In this document: positions 1-11,363 of the stretch, piece after piece
How the letters are laid out: each line of letters starts with the position of its first letter
Numbering within the stretch: the stretch's first letter is position 1
From: Dudresnaya verticillata
Taxonomy: Eukaryota
Length of the DNA stretch: 64,000 bases
Assembly (NCBI GenBank): GCA_977862235.1
Contig: OZ374557.1
Location: 2,356,001-2,420,000 of the forward strand
Direction: 5' to 3'
Program-made: the position numbers and the translations under genes
Notes under the pieces: model-generated
What the model was told of the DNA's origin: nothing
What the model saw: the letters and a program-made list of their open reading frames with translations, nothing else
The model's database searches: none

Positions 1-2491
1 ACGTCTATCGACGCTTCGTTCCCAATTTTGCACGTATTGCTTCGCCACTCAATAAGAAAACCGGCAAGGGTCTGGTATTCGAGTTTGGAACTCTCACCGA
101 AATGGAGTTAAACGCCTTTGAGGAGTTAAAGAGACAACTAATCTCCCCTCCAATATTGGCTTTACCCCGTCATGGTTTCAATTATACGTTGGATACCGAC
201 GCTTGTGATTACCAAGTTGGGTGTGTCCTTCTCCAGAAGCAACCTAGTGGAGATAATCTATCAGTGGGTTACTGGAGCCGAAGTCTAACCAATGCGGAGA
301 AGAATTACACAACCACTGAAAAGGAGTGCCTTGCTGTCGTTTGGAGTATGCTAACGCTACGTCCTTACCTTTTCGGTGAAACGTTTATACTCCGTACGGA
401 TCACGACGCATTACGCTGGATATTGAGTTTAGCCGATGCGTCTGGACGCTTAGCAAGATGGCGCCTACGCCTATCGGAATTTGCGTTCGAAGTACAATAC
501 CGCCCTGGTATGAAGCACCAACTTGCTGAAGGTATGTCAAGACTCCGAACAGGTGGTGCTGACAAAGCTGAGTTCGATGAGGAAGTGCCTTGCTTCGTTA
601 TGGAAACGACTCTTAATGGTGTAGTGCAACATGGTGTGCAACTAACCAATTGCAAACAATCCCAGCAACCGGATGCCTCGAGCAGCCTCTCCCAGGCGTT
701 GAAAGTGGAGACACCAAAACGGATACTACGCCTGAAAAGGATACAGTACCACTCACTCCACTCCGGCAAACGCTCATCGAACAAGAGGATATGCGAAATG
801 AGACCCTTACCCGTGAGGCGTTCATAGCCGCGCAAGCAACGGATACTTTTTGCAGGCTTAAAGCCGAATCGATGGGATCCCCTGGATCACAATTCGACTA
901 CGACCGACGTGGGTTTCTTGTTCGCAAGTCTGCTCTTGACGGTGCACTCCAAAAGTTGGTACCGCAACAGATGCGTGGCAGAGTCCTGTATGTTGCCCAC
1001 TACACCCTCGTGTCGGGACACCCTGGTGGAATTAAGATGTACTAAACCTTACGGAGAGACTACTATTGGCCACATATGGCTAACGATGTATTCGAGACCG
1101 TTCGGAGTTACCGCTCATGTGTCAAAACCAAGGGCACGAGGTTTAAGCATCAGACGTCCATGAAACTATTTCCCGCGAGTAGCCCACTGGCGTTTGTCGC
1201 TACGGATACACTGGGCCCGCTGCCGAAAACCAAACGGGGATACGTCTTTGTACTGGTCATCACCGATCGGTTTTCTAAACTAACACGGTGCATTCCGTTA
1301 CGGACGATTACAGCCGTCGTGGTGGCGAACATACTTTTAGACCATTGGGTGTATGCGTACGGTGCACCTAAATTTGTACTCACCGACAATGGAAGACAGT
1401 TCACGGCAACGTTCTTCGAAGCTGTCTGTGCCCTACTCGGAGTGCGGCATTTCCTGACCGTTGCCTACCGCCCACAAACCAACGGGCAAGCCGAGCGGTT
1501 TAACAAAACCATCGCGCAGCGCCTTCGATACTACGTCGAGGATCACCACACCGACTGGGTTTTATACCTACAGCCGTTGAGCTACTCCTACAATATGCAG
1601 GTACACCGGATTACGGATACTACTCCCTTTGACTTGATGTTAACTCGACACCCATCGGATATTATTATTCGTGGCACCCCTCTGGAGCTGGAAGAAACCG
1701 TTACGGAGGGGCGTATGACGCCCGTGCTCCAAAAGCGGGGAACCATGCGGCGTTTGCGCTATGCCCTACAGGAGGTGCAGACCAAACAGACTACAGCCCA
1801 GTTGAAGTCTAAGACCCTCTTCGACCATAAGGTGAGTTTCCGACCGGTGGTTCGCGGTAGCGATCAAGTCTACGTAGATCGCCCGCCGCGTAATCTACGA
1901 CCCACCGAACGGAAGGAACGCGACAGATTGGGTCAAGGCCCTGACCACGTCGGTGAATTTGCGGAGCAAATGAAGAAGCTCCTCCCAAGATTGACAGGCC
2001 CCTACGAGGTTCACACCGCAACGGACACTGTAGTCACTATCAAGAAGGACGGCGTCCTGATTCCCATTAGCATCGATCGTATCACTATGGTACCAATTGG
2101 AGTTCCCGTACAGCTGGCGCCGCTATTGGCTCCGCCGGTTACGCCACACACCGACGTGGACGGTGCGGTACCCCAGCAGGCGGGCGGCACCACAGTAGTA
2201 CCCGAAACACCAGGTGGTATTACTGTAACGCCCTAAACGCCAGGCGGTATTCCTGCCCCCGTTCCGGAGACAATTGATGCCGACACGGAGTATGTCATCG
2301 AGCAGATCGTGGGACACCGCGAAGAACCCACAGGCATGACCTACAAGGTGCGTTGGTGCGGCTACCCACCAGACCAGGACACGTATGAACCCGCCGAGGA
2401 GTTGCCACAAAACGTCATACACCGCTCTTGGAATAGAAGGCGCTCGGCAGCAACTGCGGCCCGACGTCGCCGAGCGTCCACGCGTCGATAG
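1..2491 (+). pseudogene. pol: Ty3/Gypsy pol 3' part, subfamily A: end of RT, RNase H, integrase, chromodomain (frameshifted, premature stops)
   Basis: RNase H motifs LDTDACDYQVG / NYTTTEKECLAVV / LRTDHDAL; integrase GHPGG...YYWPHM, VITDRFSK, LTDNGRQF, PQTNGQAERFN, KLLPRLTGPY; chromodomain EYVIEQIVGHR...YKVRWCGYPPDQDTYEPAEEL at ~2288-2440. Split over ORFs 102-827, 650-1045, 1076-2236, 2309-2491. Confidence 0.95.
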
Positions 2492-2522
2492 CCATTTGCT
2501 ACTCGCACAAGCCGTAGTGATT

Positions 2523-2673
2523 TTGGCAAAATCGGGCATGACCTGTGGGCTCCGTTGTCGCGAAGCCCTTTTCCAAGGGTCTCTACTCCTTCTTGGTGAC
2601 TTGGCGTTGGCAAAAAAGGGCATGATCTGTGGACTCTGTAACCACAGAACCCTTGCCCAAGGGGCTCTACTCC
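2523..2673. repeat. Diverged direct repeat, 84-bp period, 2 copies
   Basis: ttggcaaaatcgggcatgacctgtggg...ccaagggtctctactcc (2523-2589) vs ttggcaaaaaagggcatgatctgtgga...ccaaggggctctactcc (2607-2673). Confidence 0.8.
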
Positions 2674-2875
2674 ATATTGGAGTATCGCTGGCGAGCGCGC
2701 AACCACTTCTGGTATTAGGTGGTTGTCAATCGGACGCAAAGCCTTGTATGGTGGATGGTAACCCCCGCCGCTTCGGGGCTCACTCCACAGTGGTGTTATT
2801 CCACTTCCCTTCCGCCAGTGGAAGGGAGCTCACACAAATCACGAGATTTTATTGACAAGTGGCATCATTACGCAA

Positions 2876-3613
2876 TTACACTGCATTCTGCAGGCGCTTT
2901 GCTGGTGGCGCCAGATCAGCCCCCGTATCCTCCTCTTTGGCCGCGCTCTCCTCCGAGTCGGGAATGTCCTCATCATACACTCTTGCGGTGATCATTGTGA
3001 GTCTCCTACCGGTGTCTGTCATGCGACGATGCAAAGTGCGAATGGTACGTCGCAGGCGCACCAGACGCCCGACCCACAGCACTGCGGTGTTGATGGACTC
3101 GTTCGCCGACGTTGGAAGAGACATACCCGCATCTCTACACCCGTCGCGGAGTCGCTGCACGACAGCTCCATCGACGCGCAACTCCGCTTCGGTCCAACTC
3201 GCCATCTCCTTCGGGGTATCCTCCTCTTGCTTAACCGTCACGGGGCCGATATGACGTGGTGGTCCTCCATCTGGACCCGCAGCAGCTACGAACATCACGG
3301 AGTCACTCAACGCGGGCGACACCGGCTTGGCAACTTCGCTCCGCTTCGGTACAGTAGTCCACACTGCGATTCCAGGGCGTGTGGTTGCTAATGACTCCAC
3401 CTGGTAGGTTCCCACCGGTGTAGTGTCCTTTCCCACTTCGGAGTCTTCTTGTTCCCCGACGGGACCCAACTTAGCCGCTGCTGCAGCTACTAGCGTGGGC
3501 TTCGGACCAACTACCGCCACGGCACCCGCCGCTTTTTCCAACTTGGTGTTCTTGCTGATTCCCGGTGAGACTACGGCTTTCGGAGCCCCGATTGGCGTGG
3601 ACGTTGCGGCCAC
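2876..3613 (-). CDS. Antisense accessory ORF of the Gypsy 3' region (245 aa, unknown function)
   Basis: Open frame with a helical-looking core (SANESINTAVLWVGRLVRLRRTIRTLHRRM) between pol and LTR; identical translation in copy 2. Confidence 0.45.
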   Translation of the reverse strand: MAATSTPIGAPKAVVSPGISKNTKLEKAAGAVAVVGPKPTLVAAAAAKLGPVGEQEDSEVGKDTTPVGTYQVESLATTRPGIAVWTTVPKRSEVAKPVSPALSDSVMFVAAAGPDGGPPRHIGPVTVKQEEDTPKEMASWTEAELRVDGAVVQRLRDGCRDAGMSLPTSANESINTAVLWVGRLVRLRRTIRTLHRRMTDTGRRLTMITARVYDEDIPDSEESAAKEEDTGADLAPPAKRLQNAV

Positions 3614-4086
3614 CCCCGACGAATCTCCCTGCTTCTAGATCTCAGCTCCTACAGGAGGAGACTCCGTTACTGTCATCTTGGGCGATGAGGTCGTGCGGTC
3701 GCCCCACGCCTTGACGGCTTCTACGCCAGGGGCTTCTCTTGGCACGAGGACCCTAGGGTCCACACGCACCCTCTTGATCTCGTTAACCCCCACTGGGGCA
3801 CTCTCGTCAGCGGACGGACTGTCAAGGCGCCCCTGTTGAGGATGCACACCGGATGGAGTGCCCAATCGCGTGATGGCGGAGCCCTTGATGGCCCCTCCGC
3901 TTTGGGGTAGAATCTCGAGCGGGAGCGCATCGCGTGCCAGCTCGACATTTGCTCGCTGATCAACCACACCGGCTCGGGGTCTTCTTCCGACAGGAAATAG
4001 ACCATACCACGTCCGGGGTTGAGTGGTGGCACCGACAACACGCGGTCTGCATCCCAATGGTAGCCGATGAACCCTGTCGTTCGCTC

Positions 4087-4857
4087 TCAGTTGGTTTTTG
4101 CGTGGACCGAGAAGAGACGCTCAACACGCGACAAGGGGTATTCGGTCCTCTCAAGCAACCGGTCTACTCCAACTTGGTGTATAAGGGTAACCACCGTTCC
4201 GGGTAGCTTGAATATGCGCCCGCACTCGCCACCTTCCGGATCCGTTCTGTTCCGCGGGTATGCCCTCCAGTCGGTCATCTTGGTATTGGCTCTGACAACC
4301 CTGTAGGTGATCTGTAACCAGGAGAAAAGGACGAACATTGCCCATTCCGCTCGGAGTATCCGACGCAACAAAGTCATCAGCGGATGGTCAATTGACTTCT
4401 CTCCACGTGTGTGTGCAGCTTGCCAGTCGCGATGCTGGATAAACCGATTGGAGAAGTACGCCACCACCGTCGGAGTTGGAACTGACAGCCAACGGGTGAC
4501 TTCGTACTCAGCCCACCAATCCGGAGCGATGCAGTACAATCGACGATGCGCACCCGGCGGCACCTGGACAAACTCGTTCGTGTTCCAGGTGTGGAGTATC
4601 ACCCTTCCGAGGCGGCGCCCATCTCTACTCCGCAACCGGAGTCGATGCTCTTTCGCTGCGTCGTCAGCCCACCGTTGCGGATTCTCAAACCAATGGACGC
4701 CTTGGTCGTACGGCTTCTCGTAGCATAGGAAGTCGACACCAACCAGATGGTCTCGCAGTCGGTGGGCCATCGCCAGCAACCAACACACCTTGATGGGATA
4801 GCCCTCTTCTTCCTGAGACCTCAACCACACGATGTCACACCCGGTTGGAGTTCGCAC
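4087..4857 (-). CDS. Antisense accessory ORF of the Gypsy 3' region (256 aa, W/H/Y-rich, globular-looking)
   Basis: 771-bp open frame with protein-like composition; open in both copies despite substitutions. No recognised motif. Confidence 0.5.
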   Translation of the reverse strand: MRTPTGCDIVWLRSQEEEGYPIKVCWLLAMAHRLRDHLVGVDFLCYEKPYDQGVHWFENPQRWADDAAKEHRLRLRSRDGRRLGRVILHTWNTNEFVQVPPGAHRRLYCIAPDWWAEYEVTRWLSVPTPTVVAYFSNRFIQHRDWQAAHTRGEKSIDHPLMTLLRRILRAEWAMFVLFSWLQITYRVVRANTKMTDWRAYPRNRTDPEGGECGRIFKLPGTVVTLIHQVGVDRLLERTEYPLSRVERLFSVHAKTN

Positions 4858-5654
4858 TCTACAATTTGAGTGAATCCACCTGGCTCTCCAATCTCCTCAC
4901 GCCGATTCGGGAACCACTTGTTATTGATTAACCCACCGGAGTCTGTGACGGCGCTGTAGCGACGCCCCTCGAGGGTGCCATCATAGTTGGAAACAAACAC
5001 CGATACGGGCATGGGGAGACGAAACATACCGCGCTCCTCTTCGGTACGCTGACACCGACCGGTGCGATGATCATATTCCCGGCCAGGCCAAGTTTCCTCA
5101 TCGGTGTAGCCCGTCGAGTTCACATGCCCATGGTAACTCCCCGGTGCCCCCGGCGCGTATGGCAGTGGACCCGACGGTGCGCCGCCTACACCAACCTGGA
5201 GACCCTGCGCATACGCCTCGTATCGCCCATGCGGAGTTGCTCGACGACAGCCAAGGGCCTCCATCGCGGTGTTGCATTTTGAAAGGCCAGGCCGTTGTGC
5301 CTCCAGCCCCATCTGCCGATCCGGAAGCGTACTGGGCGTCTGTAGAGCCTCGCCGTCATCACGCCGTCGCGGCACCCGTGGGCTACCTGCACGCGCTGGC
5401 AGCGTCGGCGTTGCGCTCGTTGCCGCCACAACCCCCGCTATGGTTTCCGCGGGCCCGCCGCCTTCTCTCTCTTCTGTCTCCGGCGCAGGAGCCGCCCCCA
5501 CCGAAGTTGTACGCCGTGTCGGTTGGAAGGGTCCCCGTGATCGGTCAGTGCTACCGCCCGCCATCGCTAGAGGCACACCGGGTTGCATTTGAACGTTGGT
5601 CGACTTGCCCGAGGTGGAGTGCACTGATGAGGTTCGCTCCGTCGTTGGATACAC
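4821..5654 (-). CDS. Antisense accessory ORF next to the LTR (277 aa, low-complexity N-terminus)
   Basis: Open frame starting just inside the PPT; its C-terminal part (MFRLPMPVSVFVSNYDGTLEGRRY) may join the 4087-4857 frame by frameshift. Confidence 0.4.
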   Translation of the reverse strand: MYPTTERTSSVHSTSGKSTNVQMQPGVPLAMAGGSTDRSRGPFQPTRRTTSVGAAPAPETEEREGGGPAETIAGVVAATSATPTLPARAGSPRVPRRRDDGEALQTPSTLPDRQMGLEAQRPGLSKCNTAMEALGCRRATPHGRYEAYAQGLQVGVGGAPSGPLPYAPGAPGSYHGHVNSTGYTDEETWPGREYDHRTGRCQRTEEERGMFRLPMPVSVFVSNYDGTLEGRRYSAVTDSGGLINNKWFPNRREEIGEPGGFTQIVECELQPGVTSCG

Positions 5655-5707
5655 CTGAGTGGATTTGTAGAAGACATGCTGTGGCGCACGAGGACGTGCC
5701 GCGATTT

Positions 5708-5717
5708 AAGGAGGGGG
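5708..5717 (+). promoter_or_regulatory. Polypurine tract
   Basis: aaggaggggg 2 nt before the TGTGGTG LTR start; repeated at 40584-40593. Confidence 0.7.
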
Positions 5718-5719
5718 TC

Positions 5720-6395
5720 TGTGGTGAAGTGGCCGTTTCGGAGTGCGGATGGCGGGCGGGCCGACGCGCGACCGTCGATAACCCGCGCTCTGCTAAGCGC
5801 GAGCCAAAAGCCGAGGCGGGAGTCCAGCGACACAGTAGCACTGTATGCCCTGCTGGAGTCTGTGCACACCACCAATAGGAGCCAAGTAGTTGCTTTATTT
5901 GTAATTAGGTAATTTTAATAATGCTGTATCAGCCGGCCAGTGAGAATGCCGAGCATGTCCGCAACGGTGACCGCGACCAGTAGGGCCGGACCCACCTGGT
6001 GGACCAGATCCATTGGGGTCTGGCCCACACACGGACCGGACCGCGGGGCGTATCTCCCAGTATATTAATGGGTGGCCACCGCGAGTCCTACAGTAAACGG
6101 GTACGCAACCCTGGGCAAAGTGACTTACCCTAAGCCTTACCCTCATACTCCTTCACAGTTTTCCCTCGCCAGTCCCGTGCACGGATTCCTCTTACCCCCG
6201 TCCCGGTGTAGCTGTCCTGGCACTGTACCGTCACCCTTGCCTGTTGCGTCCCTTTACTCCTTACAGGTTTTGCCGCTCGAGGTACTCCCTTCGGTCTACG
6301 AACTAAGCTCTACCACCCCGGTGCCGTGTGAGATCACTCCTTATTGGGATTGCCTGATCAGCTCTCCTTACAGGCGTGCCTTTCACTACACCACA
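5720..6395 (+). repeat. LTR (shared between tandem elements)
   Basis: Starts TGTGGTGAAG after the PPT and ends ...ttcactaCACCACA (7-bp inverted termini; alternative end at 6390); TATA-like tatattaa at 6061; followed by leader and gag. Confidence 0.7.
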
Positions 6396-6777
6396 ACCGG
6401 ACCGATCGGTGCCATCCTGAATTGTATATCAGGGTGGCACCGCAGCGGATCCTAGGGTAAGCGGCCAAGCAACCCTTGAGCCTCAATCGCACTGTAGCTC
6501 TTTCCTTTACGGTTTTCTCCGCGCCGAGCCCGTTCCGGTCTACCATCACCACCGTTACGAAGTCCGTCTCGGCACTTGTACCCCCCTTGGTCTGTTGCTT
6601 CCCAATATCCGTTTCGGTTAGCCGCTCGCTGTTCTCCCGTCTCGGTGCGAACTGCTCTACCATCGCATGGAGGTAGTGTCGCTCTCGTCCCTTGTAGGAA
6701 AGTCAGGCCAGCTGTCCGTTAAGGAGTTCGTGGGTTTTCATTCCACCACATCTTTTCGTCTCCCGACCTAGAACACT

Positions 6778-6811
6778 GTCACGGTTGGAAGACATTTCTT
6801 CCAACCGTGAC
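6778..6811. other. Perfect 15-bp stem / 4-nt loop hairpin in the retroelement leader
   Basis: gtcacggttggaaga-catt-tcttccaaccgtgac; overlaps a second hairpin gacggct-cttaac-agccgtc (6809-6828). Confidence 0.85.
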
Positions 6812-6924
6812 GGCTCTTAACAGCCGTCGAAATCTGCCACGGTAGGAATCCGGCTGTACCGACAACCCGTTACGGAATATTGGATATACAAGCAAGAAAA
6901 ACCGCTGTGATCCGTTAAGGTATC

Positions 6925-9400
6925 ATGCAAACCGAAGAACACAAGGACCCTCCCGTTACGGAACCAAAAGCGGGTGACACTACCCCCGCGGCGCGCAGTC
7001 TGCGCAGTGAAGGAGGTGAAATTTGTGCCGGAGTGGAGAACCCAGAAGACATCCTAAAGGGTGCTGCTGGTAAATCTCCCCGTTCCCGTGTCGGATCAGA
7101 CGCCTCGAAGAAGGCAGCTCCGCAACCCAAGCCGGAATCCCATCGGGTCCACTGGGTCCTGTCGGAAGTCCTTCCTAGGGTGTTAGAGCATCCCCGATTG
7201 GAAGTACAACCTGGAATGGTGAAAGAGGTGGAGATATCCCTCTCGGAAACTGTTCCGTCTTTGGTTAAATCCTTTCTCGAGCAGCACGTTCCTCGGATAG
7301 TGCAAGCTTTGATCCTACAGGAAAAGGTGGCCGACGAGGTCGAGAGCCAGATTGCTCCCGGCATGGCAAGGCCTCCCGCTACGGAAGCTTTTACTGAGCA
7401 ACCACCGTTACGGAATTACTTCCCGGTCGAGGGAAGAACGCAGCATCCGCAACAACCCCCCGTTATGGGATTACAGCCGGGTACAGTACCCTCTGGGACA
7501 CTGCCACCGGCTCCCGTAACGGATTCTCAACATCAATACGCCCTTATGGGACCAAAACACACTTAGCCACCGTTACAGTTTCTCCTTGCCAGTAGATATG
7601 CCTACGCCAGGGCGCTATCAGCAAGAGCGCTATACCGTTCCGGTTCGATCAGGTGGAGGCAGCGAACATCTCAGCGATGCGTCCAGCTCACCCCATCCGA
7701 GTCGGAGGACCGGTCGAGGTCGGCGTAATCGAGATGCCCGACACTCCCGCTCTGACCCGCTCCGTCGGTCACACATGGGCGCCCACACCCAGCGAGGACG
7801 CCACAAATCCGGTATGGAATCTAATGAGACAAGCTCAGAAGATGGCCAACACCGCTCGCGGAAAAGGAGAAACAGAAGATCGCGGAAACGCGAAAAAAGG
7901 CATAAATACTCTTCCTCTAAGGATTCAGACTCAGAGCGTTCCTCCGTAATGGATAGAGAGAATAGGCACCCGGCCAGAAAACACGGTACCAAATCCGGAA
8001 AGGTAGAGGTAATCCGGCCGCTACATGACACGTTTGTCAAGGCGCTGGACTACCGCACCTACCGATTGGATAAGAGGAGTAAGACATACGGCTCTAAGTT
8101 CTCACAGAACACGAGCCGTATACGGAAGAAACCCGACGTCCAGATGTCGTCCCATACATTCGATGGGACGGACCCTATTACCGTCTTCGGATTTCTCGCC
8201 AAGTTCCGTGACGGTTGCAATATCAATGACATCCCCGAAGGGGTTGCCATCTGGTGCTTCCAGTTTTTCCTAAAAGGACAGGCCGAAGCCCTTCTACAGG
8301 CTAGCCTTGCTGGAGGTACCATGGCGGTTGATGTGGAGCAGGCTGAGATGCTCCGCTCCTACTCCGAGGTGGTGAATTTCCTACTGACAACTTACGATAC
8401 GGATGAAGTGATCGCTGAAGCCTATACGGATGTCAGCAATTATAGGCAAACATCCGCCATGACGGAAAAGCACTTCTGTAACCAACTCTGGGCAAAGGCT
8501 CTCCGCTGCGGTACTGTATTTTCCGATCGGGCATTGAAGTCACTGTTCGTCGAGGTGCTCCTACCTGGGATGCGTCAACAGATGCGAAATTATCTTGCAA
8601 CGCATTCCCAGCTGGATTACCATGCCATCACTCGCTACGCGACTGGCCTCAGTCAGTCCCATCGGGCAGTTCGACGCCAAACTGTTCCGGCTCACGTCTT
8701 TGATGGGCGCAATAAAGCGCGCCCGTCTAAGGTGTTATCGCTGGATTCCGTATCGGATGTACGCTACGAGCCGCAACGACATCTTTCCGCTACGGATGAT
8801 AAAGTGCTAGCAGTCGAGGGAGGCCACGGTGCCGATACGGGAACAAGTACGGAGGTTACCTTTTCAACCCCGTACTCTTCACCCCCGCAAAGTGTTCACC
8901 CTACGCCGCCCAGGATGCCACGCGCGTAACGTCCCCATATGGTGGTCCTCGCCCGGCTCCTGGCCCCCAACAGCAGCCGAATCACCGTTACGGAAATAAT
9001 TCCCACGATGGGCGAGGACAGCAGCAACCAGCACCTCCGCTACGGGATGAGTCGGATCCTCGGGTCCGATGCCTTTATGGAAGTGGCAATTGTCGCATCT
9101 GTCTTTCCGCAGAACATGTCGTTTGCCCGTGTATAAACGACGCCGATCGGATTAAGCTGATGGAAGAGCGCGAGGGCAACTCCCAGCAGCACTACCCTGT
9201 AGACGGCAGGATTGTCGTGGGAACCAGTTCGAATCCGCAAGGGAATCGGGGCAAGCCGCAAACGCCCCCTCCGCAACGGAATGCCCCGATATTATCGGTG
9301 GAGGACCATGACGGAGTGTAATACGCGGAATTGTACGAGCCCATGGAGGCGGGTCCGACTGGTGCACCCTTGATTTCGGAAAACGCAAGGGGGGACGCGT
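6925..9400 (+). pseudogene. gag: Gypsy gag (frameshifted) with CCHC zinc knuckle
   Basis: ORFs 6925-7566 and 7586-8929 (FDGTDPITVFGFLAKFRDGC...EGVAIWCFQFFL capsid-like region); CRICLSAEHVVCPC = CX2CX4HX4C at 9091-9132. 3' end approximate. Confidence 0.85.
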
Positions 9401-9440
9401 AAGGGCGCCGCCACCCCCGCCTCACGACGTTCCACCTCTC

Positions 9441-10054
9441 GTGACTGTTGACTCGCCCGGGCATCGGCGAGATACCGTTATGGAACTCCCATTGGCTTTT
9501 CAGACCAGCGATCCTATATGTGTTATGCAACAACAAAATTATAAGATTCAAATTACCGTGGGACGGACAGATAGTGTGATGCTTCCTATAATCTCCGTAT
9601 TGGACTCTGGCGCGGGGCCAAATCTCATTAGTGCCAGGCGACTTCCCCGTCAATGGCTACCCATCATTCGCCCGCCACCAGTCCTCCGCTGCGGGATGCA
9701 TCTAATCGCGCTATCCGCTCCCTTGGTCAGATCCAACTTTTCGTCCGTATCGGAGAGCTCCGTGCTCGCGTCCACTTTCTCGTGGTCGCGAACTTAGCTG
9801 CTCCGTTTATTTTGGAGACTACCTTCATCGACCGCTATGTGAAGGCAATCCTTCCCCCGTTAAGGAAATTTGCTTTTCACCATTACCCCCCGGTATCCCT
9901 TGTTGGTCAAGCCGAAATTCCGAAGATGGGTACCGCCGCAACACCACAGCCCTCATCTTTATCCACCGCTACGGTTTCTCAGAAAATTCGTTTGGCAAGA
10001 TCTACCCCTATCCCCCCTATGACTCAAACCTCCGTCACGGTTAATACCTCATGG
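9441..10054 (+). pseudogene. pol: Gypsy pol 5' part (aspartic protease), cut by the transposon insertion
   Basis: VLDSGAGPNLI at ~9597-9629; after a frameshift LRDASNR...FLVVANLAAPFILETTFID; ends ...VTVNTSW at the TSD. Confidence 0.9.
10051..10054 (+). other. Left target-site duplication ATGG (partner at 33640-33643)
   Basis: cctc-ATGG-aacacgcattt ... aaatgcgtgtt-ATGG-gtggg. Confidence 0.9.
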
Positions 10055-10595
10055 AACACGCATTTGAGCGATTTCAGAATACGACTTTCGAAACAGACTG
10101 GAGTCGAATAGCTATTTTCTGATATCGTTGGAAAGGGGAGCGTCCCCTGAGTACGGTGGTCCAATCCGATTGGCTAACGGACCATTCCTTCGAAAGTTAT
10201 GGCGGTTTGCGTGAATTTACCCAAAATATTTCTAGGTATTCTGAATTTCAATTTCCTTGCGTCGAATTGGCCCGGGTGGTCCACTCCGCGGTCCGCACTG
10301 GGCCAAATTGGAAATTGCCGGCCCGCAGCATGCCCCTCGGCGCGCGCGCTGCATGCGCGCCACATCGCCCATCTGGCCCGCCCCGCGCGTGCTCGGCGCC
10401 GCCTGCAGACTACCCCGTCACCAGTTTTCGGCTTTCTGGTGCAACGGGTGCACTGTGCTCTGCGCGTCTGTGCACAAATCCGCACGCGACCGCATACAGA
10501 CTGCCTCATCACCCGCCCCCCGCCCCGTGACGCACAACTCCTTGGGCAAAATCTACTGTCGCGGGTGCCCACCCTCGAGCACACCGTGGATCCCG
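10055..10595 (+). repeat. Left terminal inverted repeat (~541 bp)
   Basis: aacacgcatttgagcgatttcagaatacgac...ccgtggatcccg; imperfect reverse complement of 33094-33639, with about the outer 66 bp matching exactly. Confidence 0.95.
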
Positions 10596-11363
10596 CTGCC
10601 GTCACCTCGTCAGCGCGCCCTGCCCGTCGCTCCCCGACCGCGCTGCACGACCCGCCCGCCCGTATTTCTCTACGATGGGACGCCACATGCCGATTTCATG
10701 ACAACTCGCAGACACAAGTATGGCCATTCCATGACACGCACCCAACACTACGTAGTTGGTTAGGTAATGACAATAAAATGTATAAGCCTGCAGCTGTTTC
10801 CCGGTTAACCACGCGCGCGACCGATTGCGTTGTCGACACTCCAAAGGTTCCCCGTTCCAACCATGTCCGTAGGCCCATCCATTAAGGCAACTTTGCAAGC
10901 TCCATTGGGGGAAAGTAAATGCGGCGTTTGGTAAGCTCATTCAACCTTGAGGGGGATCGCTTCCAGTCCGCCACCATTGCGGTTGATAATAGCGTCCAAA
11001 CTCCCACGACCCTGCTCCCCAGACGCGTCAGAGTTAATAACATTCAGTGTACTCAATAACTGAAGCACTGACAATCTACGTTGTTAAATGAGCAGGACGT
11101 GCTCATGAAAGGGACATGTTTCCGCTGTTGGCAACATTTGTTGACCCACTTCACATTGACTCGTCAGCTGCCATTGCGGGTTCCTGGTCCAGGTATGGTT
11201 CTGCCTGCAAGGCGTAGATAGCCTCTTCATGGAAAGGATATAGTACATGCGGAAATTGCCAATGCACCTCGGTTGTTTACTGCCTGTTCCATGCGTCTCA
11301 GTGTGTCTTAAAGCATAATTGTGCCCAGCTCGTTTCGTAATGCCTGAACGAGTCTGAGTACAG

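Noticed and set aside
2876..5654. env-like gene
   Set aside because: Antisense orientation with no clear signal peptide or transmembrane anchor.
10156..10940. Several 110-230 aa ORFs on both strands at the left end (and 32684-33520 at the right end)
   Set aside because: They lie largely in the GC-rich terminal inverted repeats, are R/A/P-rich, and their frames differ between the two ends.
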